From: Octopus sinensis
Taxonomy: Eukaryota
NCBI RefSeq assembly: GCF_006345805.1
Contig: NC_043012.1
Location: 14,260,001 to 14,324,000, forward strand
Length of the DNA stretch: 64,000 nt
Reading direction: 5' to 3'
Shown: positions 1-12,259 of the stretch, piece after piece
How positions within the stretch are numbered: the first letter of the stretch is position 1
How the letters are laid out: each line of letters opens with the position of its first letter
The notes under the pieces: model-generated
Seen by the model: the letters and a program-made list of their open reading frames with translations, nothing else
What the model was told of the DNA's origin: nothing
Databases searched by the model: none
Position numbers and translations under genes: made by a program

Positions 1-419
1 GCCTTCGCTTTATTGTCTTCAATTAATATTAGTTGTATGATGCAAATCGTTCCAATGATGGTAACTTCGAGCGAAACAAAGTTGAATGATAACAATCAAA
101 TATGAAGTGATTTCTCTCTAGCTCAGGATTCTGCTGTTAAGAAATGTCGAGAATTCATGTGAGAGATGAGAGAACGGAGCACAAAATAGCTTGGACGAAA
201 TATGTTGAAGGTGCTTTTAGATAATCGTTAAAGCTGTCATCGTATGCAGTTTTCATTATAATTCTTTCTTTATCTTTCCCAACTTGAATTCGTGTCTCAA
301 AATGTCCATTTCACTTCAGTTATAATCAGAAATCGCAACCGTTTGTTTCACCAGTTACTAATAATATTAGCACGCTGAATATCATTTCAATCTTGACAAC
401 CTTTTCTATTATACGCATG

Positions 420-578
420 ACATTTTGGTGGAGACGGCTTGCCGATTATAACGATCCCAGTGTTCGCATGGTACTTATTTTATCGACCCTAAAAGGATTA
501 AAGGCAATATCATCTCAGAACACAAAAGCGGAAAAGATACCGCTAAGCATTTTTTCGCTGTACTAAGCTCACCACCTT
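420..578 (-). mobile_element. tRNA-derived SINE family B, decayed
   Basis: Reverse complement resembles 47098-47311, including the core cctttcggggtcgataaaataagtacc. Confidence 0.6.
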
Positions 579-759
579 CATTTCAATCATAATAACAAGA
601 AGAATGCCATGCTAAATAGTTAGTCAAATGATGAACATTGAAAGTGTTTTTCTTTATATTAGAATTAACCAGCTGCAAAATATCGAGGATCATTCTCAGA
701 GAAGCAAAATAAATTTTAAAAAGCAAAGCTACTTCAGTAACGCTTTTTGGACATTGTGG

Positions 760-1500
760 AACTAACCCCGAAGATATCACCCACATCATAATCTGTTGTC
801 CGAAAAGGTCATCACGGTTTTATCTACCGATGAGACATGATGTTGTAACAAGTACACTCTATAATGAAATAGGCATTCCCAATAAAAAGGAGTACTGGTG
901 GAACTTCCCGGTGAAGACATCTGAAGACAAGAGACCGGATGTGGGATAGAGAAGAGAAAGTGTGCAGTTGTGGAAATTAGCTGCCCGGTGGATGTTCACA
1001 TAAAGCTGAAGATAACTCAAAAAGAGAGCACCTATGCTGAACTATTAAGAAATCTGCTGTTACTCTATTCAGATTACAAGTTCGGGTATATACCTGTAAT
1101 TATTGTGACACTAGGGTATGTAACACACTGCCGAAATACCACTATTCAGAAGTTAGGCTTCTTAAAACCAAACAGGAGAAAGATGATTCGAATACTACAG
1201 ATCCAAGCCATGATTGGAATTGTAAAAGTCAATAAAACCCACTTCCAGAAGTTTAACATTTAAGTATGTCTGAGCAGGTCTAGATATGCAAGTGAGAAGA
1301 CATGAGAAGACATGCATAAAACAAACCATACAAAGCTGTACGTTTACATGCACGCTGACATACATACATACATACATACATACATACATACATACATAGA
1401 AGAATACACTGTTGTTGATGTTGAAATTCCAATGAAGGAGACATGGATCTATGTTAGAAAGCGGTTCTTTCTCTGTAAGAAATCTTGAAATAAAACTGAA
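760..1500 (+). mobile_element. RLE-type (R2/R4/NeSL-group) non-LTR retrotransposon 3' remnant
   Basis: Decayed frames EDITHIIICCP..RHDVV..WWNFPVKT..RPD..VEISCP..IPVII.TLGY give the CCHC, RHD and PD-(D/E)xK-like endonuclease motifs. The 3' UTR contains (TACA)n. Confidence 0.8.
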
Positions 1501-1504
1501 TAAT

Positions 1505-1688
1505 TACATACATACATGCATGCATACGTAAATATATACATACATACATACACACATACATACATACATACATACATACATACATACACACATACATACA
1601 TACACACATACATACATACATACATACATACATACATACATACATACATACATACATACATACACACATGCATGCATGTATACATACA
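1505..1688. repeat. (TACA)n microsatellite
   Basis: Direct tandem repeat. Confidence 0.95.
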
Positions 1689-1998
1689 AGTTCGGTTTTG
1701 ACAGAAACGGTTATATTTAGTGATGCCCTCGAGTCTATATATTATTAGTACGCATTCGTATCTATCCATAAATATATATATCTGTGCAAATGCACACATT
1801 TTATCTTGTTTATTAACGTTTGCTCGAGTGAGCAGTGGAAGTGCTTCTTTATGTAAGCTTCGAAAGGCTTTCAATGAGAGCTTTTGGTTTAATTCTTTTT
1901 GGCAATGTCATGAAAAAAATTATGTTAAAAAAGCGTTTTGTTCGACTTCACACTTTTCGTACTCTGTGTTGATTTATCTTATTCATATATGTTTTCAG

Positions 1999-2070
1999 TG
2001 TGTCTTCAGTTTTTCAATGGGACCATTGAACACCCGCTTTACTTACAAGTCATGGAGACTGCCAGTCAGG
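1999..2070 (+). CDS. Cadherin-like gene, internal exon A (start of first EC repeat)
   Basis: Acceptor gttttcag|, donor |gtaagt. The 72 nt exon (phase 1-1) reads xCLQFFNGTIEHPLYLQVMETASQG, matching the cadherin strand-A 'V.E.A..G' pattern, and joins in frame to exon 39050. An alternative AG at 2008-2009 is possible. Confidence 0.75.
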
Positions 2071-2117
2071 GTAAGTAAATATACTTCTTTCAAATAACTT
2101 CGAGAACGTTATCGATA

Positions 2118-2179
<62 letters not shown>

Positions 2180-2620
2180 TGTGAGTTTGTGTGTGTGTAT
2201 TATTTATCTCAAAAATGGTTTTAGAAAACTTCTTGACACTGTAACAATATTTGAAGGTTTTCTTAAATAACAAATATTGATGATAAAGAAACTCTTACAA
2301 AACAGACTGAAGAAACTATTTCTGGAAAAAAAATCTACGTATTGAGTTAACACTTTCGACGTTTACAGGTTTTAAACATGTATTTTGGGGTAATCTGTAT
2401 ACAGGAATTTATTTTTAGATGCAGTTTTGACTACTTCGAGTTCAGTTTCGGAATTAGCGTCCTTATAAAGTAATCTTCCATTGCCTTTTGAGCGTTTCTA
2501 AGAGATGAATCTTTGATTTGTAGCTTATATGCCCTAAATAAATGTGTTGACTTTGATCCTATTTGACTGATATTAGTCTTATTACATCGTCCCTAATCAT
2601 TTGATATATATATATATATA

Positions 2621-2800
2621 GGGAGAGTTTACGAAAAAAACAAAAGACGAAGACAGGTGGTGTACAAAACAAACAGATGTATTAGTATAACGCTCAGGAA
2701 TAGAAAAAGTATTTTAAGTTTCGAGCCTACGCTCTTCTACAGAAAGGGGCACAGAAAAAACAAGGAGAGAAAAAAGGAGAGAAGAAAAGGAGAGAAAAAA
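2621..2800 (-). mobile_element. ~200-nt hammerhead-bearing element, family H1, core variant CUGUAGA
   Basis: Homologous to 11371-11530 and 52859-53058. Minus strand 2712-2745 reads ttt-CTGTAGA-a-GAGC-gtag-GCTC-GAAAC-TTA-aaa. Abuts (TA)n. Confidence 0.65.
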
Positions 2801-3403
2801 TATATCCCATATATTTAACACATAAGCATCACATGTATGTCACATTATTGGATAAGTAAATGCACACATTACATAATGGACATGAAATTTATTTTACAAT
2901 TTTGTGTTGTAAGTGAGGTATGACTCTTGAACAGCATAACGTGTTTTGTTTTTAAATAATGTACATATAATATAGGAAATCGCATAATAAAATCAAAAAC
3001 GTAAGTAATACAATTTTCAGGCGTACATGTTGATGCAATTATGTGTTTTTGTGCGTATGTCTGCCGTTTGTGTGTATAAGCGTCCTCCTTGATGTATGTG
3101 TATGTATTTTTGTAGAATACAGATTTCGGAACGTTATGTCACACAAAACAAACTTTCTCGAATATCGGTGAATTTCTTGTGTATACAGATATGATACATT
3201 ATTTCTCGAAGAAAGCGGAAATAGATTTTAAAAAAAACAAGATAAAACGATAAAATTCCATTCATTGTTTGTATAGAGTTCTAAACTTCTCTGGATGTGC
3301 TTAGCCTATTTTTTTACTAATGGAAGCAGATATGAAGACACATACTCCAGTAAAAAGTACCCTCAAAGCTAATCAAGATGACATTATGATATCTTAATTG
3401 TTA

Positions 3404-3568
3404 TATTGGTTTCAAATTTTGGCACAAGGACAGCAATTTCGGGAGAGGGCGGGGTAAACCTATTACATCGACCGAGATATACAACTGGTGCTTATTTTGT
3501 GGATCCCGAAAGTATGAAAGGCAAAGTCGACTTTAACGGAGTCTAATCTCAGAACGTAAAGACGGGCG
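3404..3568 (-). mobile_element. SINE family B, partial
   Basis: Reverse complement matches the body and the tail ccttgtgccaaaatttgaaacc of 47098-47311. Confidence 0.7.
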
Positions 3569-4944
3569 TTTCTGCATTGTCATACTGAAAGGAAGATAGA
3601 GAAATTATTTCCTTGCAGAATAAATTTCCTCGGGTAGTTTCATTCGATTTAACTTTAACAGCAAATTATTTGATGATCTAAAGCCATAAGGTTGTTGTCA
3701 TTGTTGTTGTTGTTGAATTGGTGAGCTTTGAACATGCAGACTTGTGATGAAAGACATCCGAACAGAAATAATCTCGTATTTTTGTCCAGGATTACTGGAG
3801 TCTTGGATACTATTTCTCTGAGTAGAATCTCCGAAAGTGTCTTCTACCATTGGGTTTCTCCAAGAATTGTTGGTGAAACTAGGTCGGTGTAGACTGTGTG
3901 GGAGTCCGTCCGATAGATTGTATCTCAGATTCAAAGGGTTAGTCTTATCACCTTCTGTTCTGTGTCACGCTAATTTTGCCCAAGTTTTACGTTAAGGTTA
4001 CACGTGTTGATCTAATAGCTTTTTAGCAGCTCACATAATACAAGGTAACTCTGTGCAAGTTGTGCAGCCTAATAATTACTGGGCTTGTGATATTTGTTGC
4101 ACTGGATCACTGCTAATTTCAAGAACGAGAAAGTGGAACTGGCTCTGCAAATGCATGTTGGCTATTTATCGTATAGTATGCTCACCAGTCCAAGATAGCA
4201 GCACCAACATCACACTTTCTTCATGAGTCCAGTGGTGATTGGAAAAGAAACGAAGGAGCAGTAAGAGAATGCCAGTGGAAGAGCTTCGGGTTTGACCCTG
4301 ACGACACATCAGAGTATTGAACTAAAAACACTGTGCGATTGTATCTTACAAAAGACTCATTCGTCGAAGCGACGAAAGAGACCACAAGCTGGTAGTTCAA
4401 TAGATTAAACAACTTGTATGCTCGTCTTCATAACTGACGCAAGATTTATTTTTATTAAGATAATCATTATCGTAGATACTTTAATTCTTTAACATGCATA
4501 TAAATAAATAATAATTTTTGTAAACACTATATTTTTAGCCGTAAGGAATATCCGACCCATGTTAACCGATATAATAGATGTAGACATGCAAAATATCATT
4601 CAGCGAGATTCGTGCAATTTTCTGTTTTTACAAACTACAATTTCTCATTTATCAAATACGTAAGGATAAAACAGTAAGAGTAATAAACAACACAGTTACA
4701 ATAAAAGATCAATGCAAAAAACGAAAACTAAAGATATGTTTCATATTAATAAATATACAGAGCAAAAATGATTTATGATACGTGATATGGAATGATACAT
4801 TCAAAATTGTATACAATAAATATATCAGAACGGATATAATATTCTATGAAGAAATACACCACAGGAATTGTGAAATATAATTCAGCAACAATGTACAAAC
4901 CTCTATAAATTATATTGGTCCACACACTATGCCATTGTGATTAT

Positions 4945-5135
4945 TTAACCCCAGGTCAGTAATGTTCTATCTGAACTATGAGGAATGGCGTTCCAAGTAT
5001 GACCGTCTCGTCTTTTATTTTGCGTTTCTAAAACTACACTATTCAATGTGTACTAGATCTTTCAAGTAGGTATGACATGAAGGCGCGTGGAAGGGGCAGA
5101 TATATAGCTGTTGTTTCTAGCAGGTCAAGCGACTA
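4945..5135. repeat. Old interspersed repeat, related copies at ~6045-6200 and inverted at ~7298-7432
   Basis: Shared ttctagcaggtca...gact and ccccaggtcag motifs among the three sites. Confidence 0.45.
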
Positions 5136-6199
5136 CGAATATTCTCCATCGTAATACATCTATCCTTGTTTATCACAGGTACTTGGTTCTCCACACAACC
5201 AAAAAAGATGAAAAAAAAATACACCATATTAAATACACCAGCGTTAAACGAATGATGGAACATACAGGAAAAATATCTTTCTGAGACCCCAAGTTCTCCC
5301 GGGCATTTCAAATGGTCACTGGAGCTCGCTTTTACGATCCAGGCAGATTATTTGAGTGATTACTGATCCCTAAAATCAGACAACAATTCGTGATGCGCAT
5401 AACACGGTTCACAAAAGGAGTACTATGTTGTCCTAGATCCGTGATGGCTGAATCAGTGATAAATGATGATGGATGTGGTATTGATAAAGCCAGTAACTCA
5501 CTGTGTCATGCAAATGACGATAGTCTTCAATGTTGTGCAAAGGACGTCGTCTAAATCAAAGACCGCGCGGTTCAGGGAGAGAATATTGAAGAAGCATAAA
5601 ACGGAAAACAATGCCAATAGGAAGTGACTGATGGTTGCTTGTAAATTAATAACTAGAATCCAGAGGAAGAAGCCGTCGGCAGTTATTTGCCATGGCTTCA
5701 TTATTTCTTAGCGCAGATATTTGATGCAATTGATAAACAAGATTTGCAACAATATTCACAGCTGGCAAGAGATATGCATCCTATACACCGTTGACAATGA
5801 GTGTTAATAATATTTGGTTTTCTTAACAATTCCAATTTAAATATCTATTCGATTCGTTACTCAGTCATTTCACACCAGCCTTTTGAATATTTATCAGCAA
5901 AGAGTCATGCAGTGTTAGGATGAAACAGAGACAAAGGGTCGGAAATTAACTCTCTTTAAGTTAAAACAAATGGAAACTGTTATGAAGTCACTGATTAACA
6001 CGAATTAATTCTTTGTGAACGATAAATTTTAGGTGCTGTTGTTGTTGCTGCTGTTTATCCCAGTTCATCATTAAGTGGTCATAGTAAAGACTAATCTGGC
6101 TCTCGGATTATCTCGGATTATACCATGGTACCTTCTTTAAGATGGTACGTTGTGGTTTCAAAGGCATTTGATTAGTTCTAGTAGGTCACATGACTAATA

Positions 6200-6373
6200 G
6201 TCGCGACCCACTATTTATCACACCAGTTTATGACGACCCACTTAACTCTACTGAGTATCTCGATAGACAGCAGTTAATCAAAGCTAATGCGTAATTTTAT
6301 AACTGTTTGCGACCCACTAAGATTCCGTTCGCCACCCATCTACGGGTCGCGACTCATTGTTTGGGAACCACTG
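6200..6373. mobile_element. hAT-like non-autonomous transposon end
   Basis: Repeated gcgacccac subterminal motifs and a terminal tttgggaaccactg (reverse complement cagtggttcccaaa, a typical hAT/Charlie-type TIR). Confidence 0.6.
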
Positions 6374-7597
6374 ATATAGGGGATTCCGCCTTAAATTACA
6401 AATCTTTTTAATCAATCTTACCAAGGCCACCATCGGTCAGTTGTTTCAGTATGGTAAACGGTGTTCTTCTCCGAAATGACAGGAAACGACAGACAATATT
6501 TAGCTGCATTCATACGGTAAAACGATACTTTCGAATTGATTGCAAAGTTGAATACCTTGATAATATTCAAACATAATATCTGAGATTCTGTCTGAGCGTA
6601 TTTTATAAACACTACAATGTATAACTATTGTTCGATGATGTTTTGCCTTCAGCTTTTATTCAGCTTTTATTAAACTCCAATACTTGTGAGGTAGATTATA
6701 TTTCATACAATGTCATTTCCTAAATTTGACAACCTATTGAGAGGAAAGGTGAAATCACCTGTGCTTTAAAATACATCAGTGAAACGTGACTTAATCTATT
6801 TATATATTAGTTCAATGTTCGTTGATGTGAGTGTGGGCAGTAGATTTTGAACATTTTCTACGTTTATAAATATATCCGTTCAGGATATATCCTGAACATC
6901 CAGGATTATATGACACAAACTCTACCGGAAATCAACCGAAATACTGACAACCTACAAACAAATAATATATTTTACAAAAACAAAAAAAGAACATTGCTTG
7001 ACATTTGAGATTCAGAACTAAGACACAAAAACAAGTAAGTTAAGTTAAGTTTAATACAACACAACAATACATAATGACCAACACATACGAAAGTATTCAC
7101 TTTACTAATTCTACGTAAGTAAATGACTAGAGCACACTTGTTTGTTACAATTTTATAATGAAATCTTACTTATGAATATCCATTCTATAAATTTTATAGA
7201 AATTGATAAATACACGTATATGGCTTTAAGCTTAAAGTAAAATATTTGCCAAACATACGTTTGTCATATATTGACCCACCTAAGAAATGCCCACGTAGTC
7301 GCATGACCTGTGAGAAATAGCAGAAAAACCACGTCCCTCAAATCATGTCTTAGTATTATTAAATAGGAAGCATAATGTAGTCTCAGGTATCCTGGACATT
7401 AAAATCAGGTCTGACCTGAGAATAAGCAACAACCTTCGTCATATTTATTTCACATGAAAATGTTCTTATAAAAGTTTGTCATGAAATGCATATTTATTTG
7501 CACAAACTTTCTTCCTTATGTATATTTAATGGCCTTTCCAACATACATACATACATACATACAGGCATACAAATGCACACTTAAGCATAAATATCCA

Positions 7598-7628
<31 letters not shown>

Positions 7629-9300
7629 GTGCATTTGTGTGTGCGTGTGTGCATTTGTGTGTGTGTGCGCGCGTGTAACGTGTTTTATAATGCAAGTTCA
7701 CTCAGTTTTGCATACAAGTATCAGCACACATATGTAGCACATATGTTCATGCTCAAGCATATAGACTACAGCATCTGCGAAGGAAATCTGTTTTATATTA
7801 TTTTTATCTTTTCCCTCTCTTTTCAAATGATGACGCCTTCTGTTCTGTACAACAAACAACGAAGCAGAAACGCTGGTGCATTCATAAAGCAGAACTATAG
7901 GCTTGACATGATAATCTTTCAGAAACATCTTTTGTTGTATACGTATTTATTGTATCGAAATGTATTCTGCGTTTATTAATTCTAAGTTGAGAAAATTCTA
8001 TTGATATCTGTTCATTTGAAAATATTCTCATGAGATCCAAACTTCTCTACTTGAGAAATGACTATGACATTTGCATCAACCAGCCCTCAGGTTGTTCTGA
8101 AAATAAAAATAACAGGCGTTTAGCATTATATTCTAAAAATATTCTAAGGAAAAGTATAAATCAAAATGATAATCTTTAATCAGTACTTTCTTTAGTTCTA
8201 AATTTAGATTTATCTTGATATAATTCTGTTGTATGTTTTCCCCCCTAACTTAATGTTTTAAGTATGTAAAATGAAGAGATGCAAGAAAACCTCTCCTAAA
8301 TTTCGCCTTAGATTTCTTGATTCGTCCTAGTTCAAAATTTTACAGCACTCGTATTTACCACTTATAGGTTTGTTCTTAGTTCAAATCACGCCCAGGTCAT
8401 CTTTGCATCCTCTCAGGGTCGATAACCTAGTGAAGTACAGGGTTCTATACTATCAACTTACTCTCTCCCCTCAAAACTGCTCGCCTAAATTAAATTCCAA
8501 TGTATATTTTTCGTTATAATATATTTACGTAAAATTTTATATTATTATTGGGAGAAAAATATTTAAAAAAGAGTAAATTATATCAGAATGATGTCTACAT
8601 CTATCTTTCAATAAAATGCATTAAATGAAAGAATAATATTCAGACAACGAAGGCAAGAAGGAATCATAGATCTTTTTCTTTTATTTCTTTTACATTTGCA
8701 CATTTTTACTGATTCAAAATCAACAACTTGCAACGATAGAACTATTATTAACAATATCGTTATTAATGTAAGTATAACCTGCGATAGGACCGACTTAACA
8801 CCCCCTCTTCAAAATATCAGTCTTCTGCCTGAATCGGAAACCGACTGTATTGTTATAACTTGTACGACAGTATTAATATTACTATTTTTTTAAATTAAGA
8901 ATGCTAACACTATTTAGATACTTCGTTCTTGTATCCGGTTTGCAAGATTTTTTATGTGAATTCGTGTGTTGAAGCAAATTTTGTTGTGCCTGGAGACAGT
9001 CATACTGTCATAATATCAAACACACTCACTGGTTCAATTTCCCCGCATTTATTAGTTATATTTTTTTCTTTCCAAAATTTTCGTTGCTTTTACAACCTTA
9101 TCAATGGATAAGACACAACAAAATTATTTAGATACTACAAAAGAAATACTTCAGGTGTTATCGTCTTTCGAGTCACAAATACAATTTTTCGAAGATTTCT
9201 GTGTGTGTTCGAAAGTGTAAATCGAGACAGTTGTTTCCTTTATATTTCTTCAAAACCATTAAAAGAGAAATATATTTAGAGTCATTCCGATTTCGTTATA

Positions 9301-9700
9301 TACTCTTTTACTCTTTTACTTGTTTCTGTTATTTGACTGTTGCCATGCTCGAGCACCGCCTTTAGTCGAGCAAATCGACCCCATGCCTTATTCTTTGTAA
9401 TCCTAGTACTTAATCTATTGGGCTCTTTTACCGAACCGCTAAGTTACGGAACGTAAACACACCAGTATCGGTTGTCAAGTGATGTTGGGGCGGGGACAAA
9501 CACAGACACACAAACATATACACACACATACATATATACGACGGGCTTCTTTCAGTTTCCGTCTACCAAATCCACTCACAAGGCTTTGGTCGGCCCGAGG
9601 CTATAGTAGAAAACACTTGCCCAAGGTGCTACGCAGTGGGACTGAACCCAGAACCATGTGGCTGGTAAGCAAACTACTTACCCCACAGCCACTCCTGCAC
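9301..9700 (-). mobile_element. tRNA-derived SINE family A, full length
   Basis: Minus strand: A-box tggctgtgggg, B-box ggttcagtccc, central (TG)n, tail ggcggtgctcgagcatgg...(taaaagag)n. Homologous to 51497-51887. Confidence 0.9.
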
Positions 9701-10379
9701 TTGGGTATTTTTGTAGTAGACACAAACCCTGAGGACTCAAAATAAAGCCTATTTAGATAAAATGAGAATGGAAAAACTCTGAATCTAACCTTGCGTTAAG
9801 TACAAATATTTGGGACGGTATCAACAGTGTTTGTTGTACATTAATAAACAATAAGAAAGAATACTGTGTGTTCCTGTCATTACTGCTTAACCCCAGGCCA
9901 ATCCTGATCCAACAGCTCTATAATAATTTCTAATTTAGACACACGCCGAATAGTTTTGAGGGGAATGAGTTAGTAATTACTATTGTCATCAGGTCATGAT
10001 TTGGACTTTATCTTTATCGGCTCTGACAGGATGAAAAGCAAAGATGATCTGAGCGAAATTTGAACACGGAACGTGAAAAAATTTTACATCCATGATTATT
10101 CTTATCTGGGTATCCTGATAAGACATTACTATGCAACGCCAATAACCTACACGTTAACCAGGCCAGGTATGAGGCATTATATTGTCCACACAATTACAGT
10201 ACATCGTACCAATGTGAAGTGATGGAATAAGCAAACACTAGGAATAACTGGAACCAAAAGGAAACCCCTGTGTAGTCATTTCACTTGCAACAATTTCCAC
10301 ATTCCTCGCCGACACGGAATACGTAGATCTTGTAGTAATCGAAAATGGGCACGGTTCCAAGACAAGAGGGAACCAAAGC

Positions 10380-10552
10380 TGCCCGATGTGACTCTTTCGC
10401 CACAACTTTCTCTCACTCTTTCCTCCTGCATCTTGCAGCTTACCTGCGACGGACCGGCGTCCTGTCCAGGTGGGGAACCGATATGCCAAGAAACCAGGAA
10501 ACCGGCCCTTATGAGCCAGACATGGCTCCAGAAGGAACAAACAAACAAAAAA
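10380..10552 (+). mobile_element. SINE fragment with mosaic modules
   Basis: actctttcgccacaactttctctcactctttc is shared with SINE 28613-29125. cctgcgacggaccggcgtcctgtccagg is shared with SINE 46829-47078. Confidence 0.6.
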
Positions 10553-11117
10553 TAGTACTCGCAACATCCTCCGTTTCGACGCTGATGCTCTTGCTACCAA
10601 GGTTGCAACACTATTGTTATCGCCATCATAGACGCTAGCGACATTCTTTGCGGTGGCTTCTTTTTCTTTTGCTCTCCAATGTTTTCTCCTCTCCTACGTC
10701 CTCCATTTCTTAAATTATCCTCATCGAAAAATATTTCATGTATAAAAAAATAAGACAAATGACCATTCAAAGATGCTAATTTCAAAACCAGCTATTTTCT
10801 AAATCGATTACGCGGGAGGGGAGGCCAGAAAGGAGGAGGATGTAACTTCAGTATTGTCATTTACATTATATTAAGGGAAAATCTTTTAATTTTCAAGCCA
10901 GTCAGGGCAACATATAATTACATGATTGTTAAATAAACGATTCATTGGTTGGCAGGCTAAACTCTTTTGACATACTAATAAGGTATCATCCCCGCAGAAA
11001 TGGAAGACAATCACCTGTTCATTAAAAGTAATTAAATCATGTAATCTGGGTTAAACACAAAGGTTTGTGTTCCGGCTGTTATGACTTTTCAGATACCGTT
11101 TGCACCACATATTGTAT

Positions 11118-11548
11118 TACTCTTTTACTTGTTTCAGTCATTTGACTGTGGCCATGCTGGAGCACCGCCTTTAGTCGAGCAAATCGACCCCAGGACTTAT
11201 TCTTTGCAAGCCCAGTACTTATCCTATCGGTCTCTTTTGCCGAACCGCTAAGTTACGGGGACGTAAACACACCAGCATCGGTTGACAAGTGATGTTTGGG
11301 GGGGGGGGTACAGACACACAAACACACAAATACACACATACACACACACACACATATATATATATGTATATAACGGGAAGCTTTATGAAAATAGACAAAA
11401 GACGAAGGCAGGTGGAAAACAAACGAACAATTGTATTAGTATGGCGCTCAGGAAATATAAATAAAACAAGTCTTTAACGTTTCGAGCCTACGCTCTTCAA
11501 CAGAAAGATACACAGAGAGAAAAAAAACAGACGGGCTTCTTTCAGTTT
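11118..11548 (-). mobile_element. SINE family A (3' part) with a nested H1 element
   Basis: The SINE A body is interrupted in its central microsatellite by 11371-11530 and resumes at gacgggcttctttcagttt. Confidence 0.85.
11371..11530 (-). mobile_element. Hammerhead-bearing element H1, core variant CUGUUGA
   Basis: Minus strand 11471-11508 reads tcttt-CTGTTGA-a-GAGC-gtag-GCTC-GAAAC-GTT-aaaga, with a 5-bp stem I. Confidence 0.7.
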
Positions 11549-11774
11549 TTAATAGTATTATGTAGTAGTATTATTTACTATCAATAGTATTATTTAGAAT
11601 TTCATTCCTTTTTACTTATAATGATATTAGTTTCTTATTTTTCATTGTGACGGTTTGAAAATTAATTGTCTCTGTGTAATACATCTTTTTCTTTCATATA
11701 TTTCGACGATCGATGAGAGTTTCGTAAAACAAAATAAAAGTTTCGGAAACTGCGTAAAAGTCTGTCTTATATGT

Positions 11775-12017
11775 GTGTCTGTGTCATTGTATGTATGCAT
11801 GCGTGTATGCCACTGTGTTTCTATTTATGTCCCACCACCGCTTAACAACCTGTATCAGTTTGCTTATATCCCCATCATTTGGTGGTTCAGCAAAAGTGTC
11901 CTGTAGTATAAGTACCACTCTCTAAAAATACAAGTGCTGGTTTCGAGTTATACGTCTGCATCTTTCAAGATGGTAATCCGTGATGGTCGCTGTCCAATAA
12001 CTGAAACAAGTAAAAGA
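11775..12017 (+). mobile_element. SINE family A, decayed 3' half
   Basis: Degenerate match to 51680-51870, ending ctgaaacaagtaaaaga. Confidence 0.65.
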
Positions 12018-12057
12018 CTGAGGGTAGAGAAGATGCTATACCCATTAAAGACTGATA

Positions 12058-12259
12058 ATGGTTTCACATTTTGGCACAAGGACAATAATTTTGGGGGAGG
12101 GGATAAATCGATTATATCTATCCCAACTGGTACTTATCAGCACGAAAGGATAAAAGGCAAAGTTGTGCTCAGCTGAATTTGAACTTACAACGCAAAGACA
12201 GACAAAACACCGCTAAAGATTTTGGCCAGCGCGCTAACGACTCTGCCAGAACACCACCT
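12058..12259 (-). mobile_element. SINE family B
   Basis: Minus-strand head ggtggtgttctggcagagtcgttagcgcgctgg, B-box-like agttcaaattc, tail ccttgtgccaaaatgtgaaacc. Confidence 0.75.

Noticed and set aside
1425-1480. CCAATGA...GAAAGCGGTTC in the RLE 3' UTR as a hammerhead
   Set aside because: Two core mismatches and no convincing stem I or stem III.
10238-10638. Overlapping 90-120 aa ORFs
   Set aside because: They overlie a SINE fragment and show no protein motifs or splice support.
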